A stretch of 64,000 nt of DNA from an uncultured Alphaproteobacteria bacterium (GTDB lineage: Bacteria > Pseudomonadota > Alphaproteobacteria > Caulobacterales > Hyphomonadaceae). The notes beneath the pieces were generated by a model. That model was given only the letters and a program-made list of their open reading frames with translations. It was not told where the DNA came from and did not search any database. This document shows positions 58,900 through 64,000 of the stretch, in pieces. A program made the translations under genes and the position numbers. Where the stretch lies: positions 10,335-74,334 of the forward strand of contig CAWARK010000001.1 of assembly GCA_963784415.1 (NCBI GenBank), read 5' to 3'. Position 1 is the stretch's first letter, and each line of letters opens with the position of its first letter.

Positions 58900-59518
58900 C
58901 TATTGATTGGGCAGCGGTGGCTCAGCGCGGTTGGGCAGCGGCTTCAGCGGGTCTGCTGCAGCCGGCGGTCCGTCCGCATTGGCGATATATTTCACATGGC
59001 AGCCATGGCAGGCACGATACATGTCCGTACCGGCATCAAAGAAGCCGTTTTTGTCCTTCTTTTCTGCCATGTCGCCGGCCTTCATGCCCGCTTCATTGAG
59101 CTGGTGCGCAAAGTCCACCCACGCGCGGTCGTCGTCGAGCGGACGTCCCGGCAGCAGCAGCAGGTTCGAGGCTTCGGCGACTGTGCGCGCCGCGTTCTCG
59201 GCAGCGATCCAGCCATCATCGTCGGTCGGGAAAAGTTCCTGCACCGTGTCGCCGATGATCCAGCCCTGACGGTGCCAGACCTCGAAGGCGTTGTAGTCCA
59301 TCACGTGGCCCATCAACTCTTTCAGGTCGAGCGATGTGCGGAAGTCGGCCAGTCGTCGCGCCGCCCATGCCTTCGCCGGGCGTCGAGCCTGCGGGCGCTT
59401 TCGACACGACTTCGTCGTCGGACCCGCCGCCGCCACAGGCTGCGAGACCAAGACTTCCAATGCTCAAAGCTAAAGCCAGCGCGAGAACACGCGCCGAGGA
59501 CGAACGGATCATTGCCAC
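58900..59518 (-). pseudogene. Lipoprotein cytochrome c with C-terminal CxxCH (class II / cytochrome c'-like); frame broken as sequenced (+1 near 59340-59375)
   Basis: Lipoprotein start MAMIRSSSARVLALALALSIGSLGLAAC is in ORF 59216..59518. The helical body ...LKELMGHVMDYNAFEVWH...GTDMYRACHGCHVKYI is in ORF 58900..59460. 619 nt is 3n+1. Confidence 0.7.
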
Positions 59519-59781
59519 TCCCCTAGGGCGCTGGCGGCGCGAACGGCGTATTCGCCTGTCCCTGCCATCTGCGCAAAAGAAATTCCTCCGAGGCGCAAGT
59601 TATCCCGCCGCAACGGCAAGCGCCATGGCCTATGTGTCGCATACTTGATTGGATTCTGCACCTCTCGCGGACACACGCCAGTGAACGCGGGGCTGCTTCC
59701 ACAAATGTTGCAATACCTGTACGACGCCAACCATGAGGCCCGCGGCAAAGCGTGGTCCGCGCGGGCAGGGAGACCCCACAA

Positions 59782-61041
59782 ATGAGAGTCATGAGAAGCG
59801 GAATTCTTGCCGCAGGTGCAGCATTTTTTCTGGCGACTGCGTGCCAGTCGACACCGACCACCGTTGATCCGTCGACGTCCTCGCTCGTCATGGGCGACGC
59901 GCAGGCGCTCGGTTTCGATCCTGCCAAGCTCGCAGTGATCACCACGGCCGTCGATGCCGACGTCGCTTCCGGCAAGCTTCCCGGCGCCTACCTGCTGGTT
60001 GGCCGCAAGGGCCAGGTCGCCTACCAGCACGGCTTCGGCGTCCAGGGCCCCGGCCAGACGACGCCGACGTCGAATGAAACCATCTTCCGCGTCTTCTCGA
60101 TGACCAAGCCGATCGTCGCCGTCACCGCGATGACGCTGGTGCAGGAAGGCAAGCTCGACCTCGACGCCCCGGTGTCGAAATACCTGCCGGCCTTCGCGAA
60201 CATCAAGGTCTGGCAAAAGGACGGCGACCCGGTCGCCTCCACCAAGCCGATGCTGATCCGTCACCTGATGAGCCACACGTCGGGCATCATCTACTCCTTC
60301 ATCCAGCCGACGCAGCCGATCTCGAAGGCCTGGGTTGCCGGCGGCGAAGGCCGCACGGACCTCTCGGCCAAGGACTGGTCGGAGCAGGTTGTCGCCAAGC
60401 TGCCGATGATCGCCGAACCGGGCACCGCCTGGAACTACAGCCAGGGCCTCGATGTCCTCGGCGGCGTGATCGAGAAGATCACCGGCAAGTCGCTGGAAGA
60501 AGCCATCCGCGAGCGCGTCACCGGCCCGCTCGGCATGACCGACACCGGCTTCGTGCAGCCCAAGGAAAAGTCCGGCCGCTTCGCCCAGTCGCAGAAGACG
60601 GACGCGCTGTACTACGATTACGCCGCGCCGAAGACGTTCTTCTCGGGCGGCGGCGGCATCTCGTCGACGGCGGAAGACTATCTCCGCTTCGTTCTGATGC
60701 TGGCCAACCACGGCACCTACAAAGGCGTTCAGATCCTGAAACCGGAAACTGAAGCGCTGATGATGATCGACCAGACCAACCCGGACATCCGCAAGAACGG
60801 CCTGTTCTTCCCGGGCCCGGGCATGGGCTTCGGCCTCGGCATGTCGCTGGTGATCGATGACACCAAGACCAAGACGACGGGCAACGGCACCTTCTCGTGG
60901 AACGGCATTGCCGGCACCGAGTGGTGGTACGATCCGAAGAACGACCTCTTCATGGTCTGGATGATCCAGGACCGCGCCCTTCTCGGCGAATACCAGAAGA
61001 AAAACCGCGCCTGGATCTACGACGCGCTCGTGAAGCCGTAG
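59782..61041 (+). CDS. Serine hydrolase of the beta-lactamase/class C esterase family, lipoprotein
   Basis: Signal MRVMRSGILAAGAAFFLATAC. S-x-x-K motif FSMTKP, Y-x-N-like WNYSQG, and a C-terminal WNGIAGTEWW. Confidence 0.85.
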   Translation: MRVMRSGILAAGAAFFLATACQSTPTTVDPSTSSLVMGDAQALGFDPAKLAVITTAVDADVASGKLPGAYLLVGRKGQVAYQHGFGVQGPGQTTPTSNETIFRVFSMTKPIVAVTAMTLVQEGKLDLDAPVSKYLPAFANIKVWQKDGDPVASTKPMLIRHLMSHTSGIIYSFIQPTQPISKAWVAGGEGRTDLSAKDWSEQVVAKLPMIAEPGTAWNYSQGLDVLGGVIEKITGKSLEEAIRERVTGPLGMTDTGFVQPKEKSGRFAQSQKTDALYYDYAAPKTFFSGGGGISSTAEDYLRFVLMLANHGTYKGVQILKPETEALMMIDQTNPDIRKNGLFFPGPGMGFGLGMSLVIDDTKTKTTGNGTFSWNGIAGTEWWYDPKNDLFMVWMIQDRALLGEYQKKNRAWIYDALVKP

Positions 61042-61065
61042 GTTGATCTGGACTTCAAATGGAAA

Positions 61066-61099
61066 GGGCGGCTCTCAAAAAGAGCCGCCCTTTTTGTTT
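61066..61099 (+). terminator. Rho-independent terminator
   Basis: GGGCGGCTCT-caaaa-AGAGCCGCCC followed by TTTTTGTTT. Confidence 0.8.
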
Positions 61100-61127
61100 C
61101 AGCTCGCTGCCAGTGTAGACGGGGCGG

Positions 61128-61877
61128 ATGGATAGCTATCTGGCGATTGTCATCGGCGGCGCAGTGCTCGCCGGGTTCGTGCAGGGCCTGTCGGGCTTTG
61201 CATTCTCGCTCGCGGCGTTGTCCGTGTGGGCGTGGGCGGTCGATCCGCAACTCGCGGCGCCGATGGCCGTGTTCGGCTCGCTGATCGGGCAGCTGGTCGC
61301 GCTGCCGCTGACATGGCGCGGGACGGATTTCAAACGACTCATGCCGTTCGTGATCGGCGGCCTTCTCGGCGTGCCGCTGGGCGTCTTTCTGCTCGGCATT
61401 CTCGATCCGACCGGGTTCAAGCTGGGCCTCGGCATGTTCCTGCTGATCTATTGCCCGGCGATGTTCTTCGCGCCCGCGACGCTCGCGGTTAGGTGGGGCG
61501 GCAAATGGGCTGATGCGATTTCCGGCTGGATCGGCGGCGTGTTCGGCGGCATCGGCGGACTTGCGGGCGGCATCCCAACGCTCTGGTGCACGCTGCGCGG
61601 CTGGGACAAGGACACGCAGCGCGGTGTGATGCAGGGCTTCAACATCACGATGCACGTTGCAACGCTGACCGGCTATCTGATTGCGGGCGACAAGATCAAC
61701 GGCGAGACACTGAAGATGTTCGCGATCATCACGCCGGCGCTTGCCATCCCCGTTCTGATCGGCGCGATGGCGTTCAAGCGTCTCAACCAGAAAGCGTTCC
61801 GGCGCGTCGTGCTGGGCCTGCTGTTTGTGTCCGGCATCGTGCTGACGGCGTCGAGTGCGGGCGCGGTGTTTCACTAG
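61128..61877 (+). CDS. TauE/SafE-family (sulfite exporter-like) membrane protein
   Basis: 249 aa with 7-8 TMs and a GxxxGxxQGLSGFAF-type N-terminus (GGAVLAGFVQGLSGFAF). Confidence 0.8.
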   Translation: MDSYLAIVIGGAVLAGFVQGLSGFAFSLAALSVWAWAVDPQLAAPMAVFGSLIGQLVALPLTWRGTDFKRLMPFVIGGLLGVPLGVFLLGILDPTGFKLGLGMFLLIYCPAMFFAPATLAVRWGGKWADAISGWIGGVFGGIGGLAGGIPTLWCTLRGWDKDTQRGVMQGFNITMHVATLTGYLIAGDKINGETLKMFAIITPALAIPVLIGAMAFKRLNQKAFRRVVLGLLFVSGIVLTASSAGAVFH

Positions 61878-61894
61878 CCGCGCCCGCACGGACC

Positions 61895-62913
61895 TTACTT
61901 CGTTGTCTTCGCCGCATGCAGGTCAGCCACGCGCTGTCCCATCAGGATGTTGGGCAGCGAGTAGTTGGCCTCGTGGCACGACGAGGGATACATGCCGGTG
62001 TCCGTTGCGTAGAACGAGAACTCCGCCAGCCATGGTGCGGCGTAGGCCTTCGGATCTTCGATGGTGAACTGGTAGAGCAGTTCGTCGGCAGACAGTCGCG
62101 TGTAGCGTTCGATCACCTTCGAGTCGGGGTTGACGACAAACTTGCTCATCAGTCCGCGCACGTGATCCAGCGGATTGTTGCGGATCGTCTCGATCACCAG
62201 CGTGTCGCCCTCCCAGCGCGCGATGCTGTCGCCATACCAGGATGTCGGCCCCGGCGGCTTGTGCGCGCTCGCGAATGGGATGATGCGGGCCTCATCGCCG
62301 TTCTCGTTGTGGACGACGATATAGCCGGGCGTCTGGATGAACTGCAGGCGGTTGTACGAGACGACCGCGTGGATCGGCGGATTGCCGCTGAGCACGAGGC
62401 AGCGCTCGCCGCTTGGTCGCTGTTCGTAATCGTCCTTCTTGTCCTCGGCTTTGTCTTCCGCCTCGATCGCGGCCTTGGCTTCCGCCGTCAGCGGCAGCGC
62501 GCCGTCAGCCGGCAGGACGACCAGCCGCGTGCGCCGCTCGCCTCGCACGATGGGCAGAGCCGTCGGTGTCGCCCATGATGTGCGCCGCTTCCGGATCGAT
62601 GCTCTTTTCCAGAAACGGACCCATGCCGGCAAACATGGTGTCGACGATTTTCCTGGCTTCGGCTTCCGGCACGACCAGGTTCGGCGTCATCGGATTGGCG
62701 CCAAACACCGGAAAGAAATTCGTGGCCCAGACGGCGCCCTGAAAGTCAGGATGACCGTCCGGCGTTCGCGGCACGCTTCCTTCCGGGACGAGCGAGGTGG
62801 GCGTGTAGACTTGCGCTGCCGCCGGCGTTTGCGCCGGATCGGTCTGGGCGAAGGCGAGCGGGGAGGCAGAGCAGGGCGGTGGTGAGGAGGCAGGGGAGGC
62901 GGAGGTTTTTCAT
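61895..62913 (-). pseudogene. Secreted protein, recurrent family, paralogue 4; two frame breaks as sequenced (GGGG run 62860-62863 and about 62556-62561)
   Basis: The signal MKNLRLPCLLTTALLCLP is in ORF 62746..62946. ...LAFAQTDP...PDGHPDFQGAVW...IMGDTDG is in the frame of ORF 62505..62774. LPIVRGERRT...ERC...FIQTPGY, ARIIPF, WYGDSIARWEGDTLVIET, VIERYTR, FTIEDPKAYAAPW and SSCHEANYSL are in ORF 61895..62632. 1019 nt is 3n+2. Confidence 0.75.
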
Positions 62914-63033
62914 TTTTTGTTCCTCTTCTGGTTGTTCAACGTTCATCGCGCGTTGGCGTTGAATGCGTCATGAATGTATTGACAGCCGCGAGGGCCATGA
63001 CGTGATCGCAGACATCAAAATCATGACCGCTGG

Positions 63034-64000
63034 TTGCAAAGCATCGGAGCAGACGTGCCGGAGCTGACAGTTGGGGCAGGACTGCCACGCGGACTTGTCC
63101 GCCTCGCCATCTCGAAGGGCGCCTCCGCAGACGCGCTGTGGGCGCAGTCGGGCATCGATCCGGCGGAGCTCGACGATCAGGACAACCGCGTGCCGATGCC
63201 GAAATACATCGCACTGATGCGGGCGGCGAAAGAGCTGACCGGCGACCCCGCGCTGGCGCTGCACTATGGCGAGGCGGTTGATCTCGGTGAGCTGTCGATT
63301 GCCGGGCTGATCATGAATGCGTCCGAGACGATGGGCGATGCCTTCCTGCAGATGAATCGCTTCGGCCGCCTCGCCATCGAAGTGGAAGGTGTCGGCGCCG
63401 GCGCTGATCGCTTCAAGGGCACGGTCAAGGATGGCGCCTACTGGGTGGTCGATGGACGCGCCAACCCGAACGACTTTCCCGAACTCACCGAAGTGACATT
63501 CGCGCGCATGGCGTGCCAGCCGCGCCGCTTCCTGGCCAAGCCACATGTGCTTGAGGCGCATGTCACGCATGCAGCGCCGGAATACGCGCGCTGAGTATGA
63601 GCGGGTGCTCGGCTGTCCAGTCGTGTTCGACAGTCACTGGAACGCGATGCGCATGGATCCGATGCTCTCCAGCTATCGCGTCGCGCTGCAGCCTCGCTAT
63701 GTCTTCGGCGTCCTGAGCGAAAAGGCCGAGGCGCTGCTGCACGAGCTGGAGCAGTCGAAGTCGACACGCGCGGCAGGGTCGAGATGCATGCTGATGCCGG
63801 TGCTGCACACGGGCGATATCAGCATGGACTCCATCGCCGAGAAGATGGCCGTCAGCCGCCAGACATTGTTCCGACGCCTCAAGGCCGAGGACGCGACATT
63901 CGAGAAAGTGCTCGACGAGCTGCGCCATCGTCTGGCGCTGCACTATCTCGGCGGGCGCAAGGCATCCGTGAACGAGACGGCCTACCTCGTCGGCTTTTCC
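63034..64000 (+). pseudogene. AraC-family transcriptional regulator, 3' end runs off window; frame broken as sequenced (+1 near 63585-63592)
   Basis: ORF 63034..63594 is an AraC-type ligand-binding region. The adjacent frame stays open to the window end and reads AEYERVLGCPVVFDSHWNAMRMD...ISMDSIAEKMAVSRQTLFRRLKAEDATFEKVLDELRHRLALHYL...ETAYLVGFS (HTH_18). The start codon is uncertain. Confidence 0.8.

Overview
GC-rich chromosomal segment, about 63-65% G+C by eye. It is most consistent with an alphaproteobacterium: recA-alaS synteny, a three-gene pntAA/pntAB/pntB transhydrogenase, a eukaryote-like NADP-isocitrate dehydrogenase, a GAAC-N7-type SOS box and GTCATCC/CTCACCATGAGG-type REP hairpins. 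I support about 60 protein genes. Housekeeping genes are prfA (partial), htpX, recA, alaS, icd, a trmJ-like methylase, rpsD, rimO, pntAA/AB/B and trhO. These are interleaved with envelope and accessory content: (1) an MCP and an M23 peptidase; (2) a BlaI/BlaR1(M56)-ankyrin pair; (3) TerC and PPK2; (4) a LuxR-family regulator next to two DUF2807/GIN-domain lipoproteins; (5) a Tat-lipoprotein aminotransferase; (6) three paralogous N-terminal-haem-c PQQ dehydrogenases of the polyvinyl-alcohol-dehydrogenase type with neighbouring hydrolases; (7) a YbbA/YbbP-like ABC pair; (8) four paralogues of an uncharacterised secreted protein family; (9) a 53.8-64 kb locus of unknown-function exported and membrane proteins with a class-II-like cytochrome c. 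I saw no rRNA, tRNA, CRISPR array, transposase, integrase or recognisable defence genes. Two technical points dominate the reading. First, about 20-24 reading-frame breaks occur, roughly one per 3 kb, and they include essential rpsD. I read them as sequencing or consensus indels rather than real pseudogenes. They carry type pseudogene only because the frame is broken as sequenced. Second, many long ORFs in the track are antisense GC-artefacts. The best candidates for new biology are the recurrent secreted family and its 53.8-64 kb envelope/redox neighbourhood, a 332-bp in-gene tandem duplication whose copies differ almost only at synonymous sites, and the triplicated quinohaemoprotein dehydrogenase locus. 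All functional calls come from motif and family recognition by eye; no searches were run.
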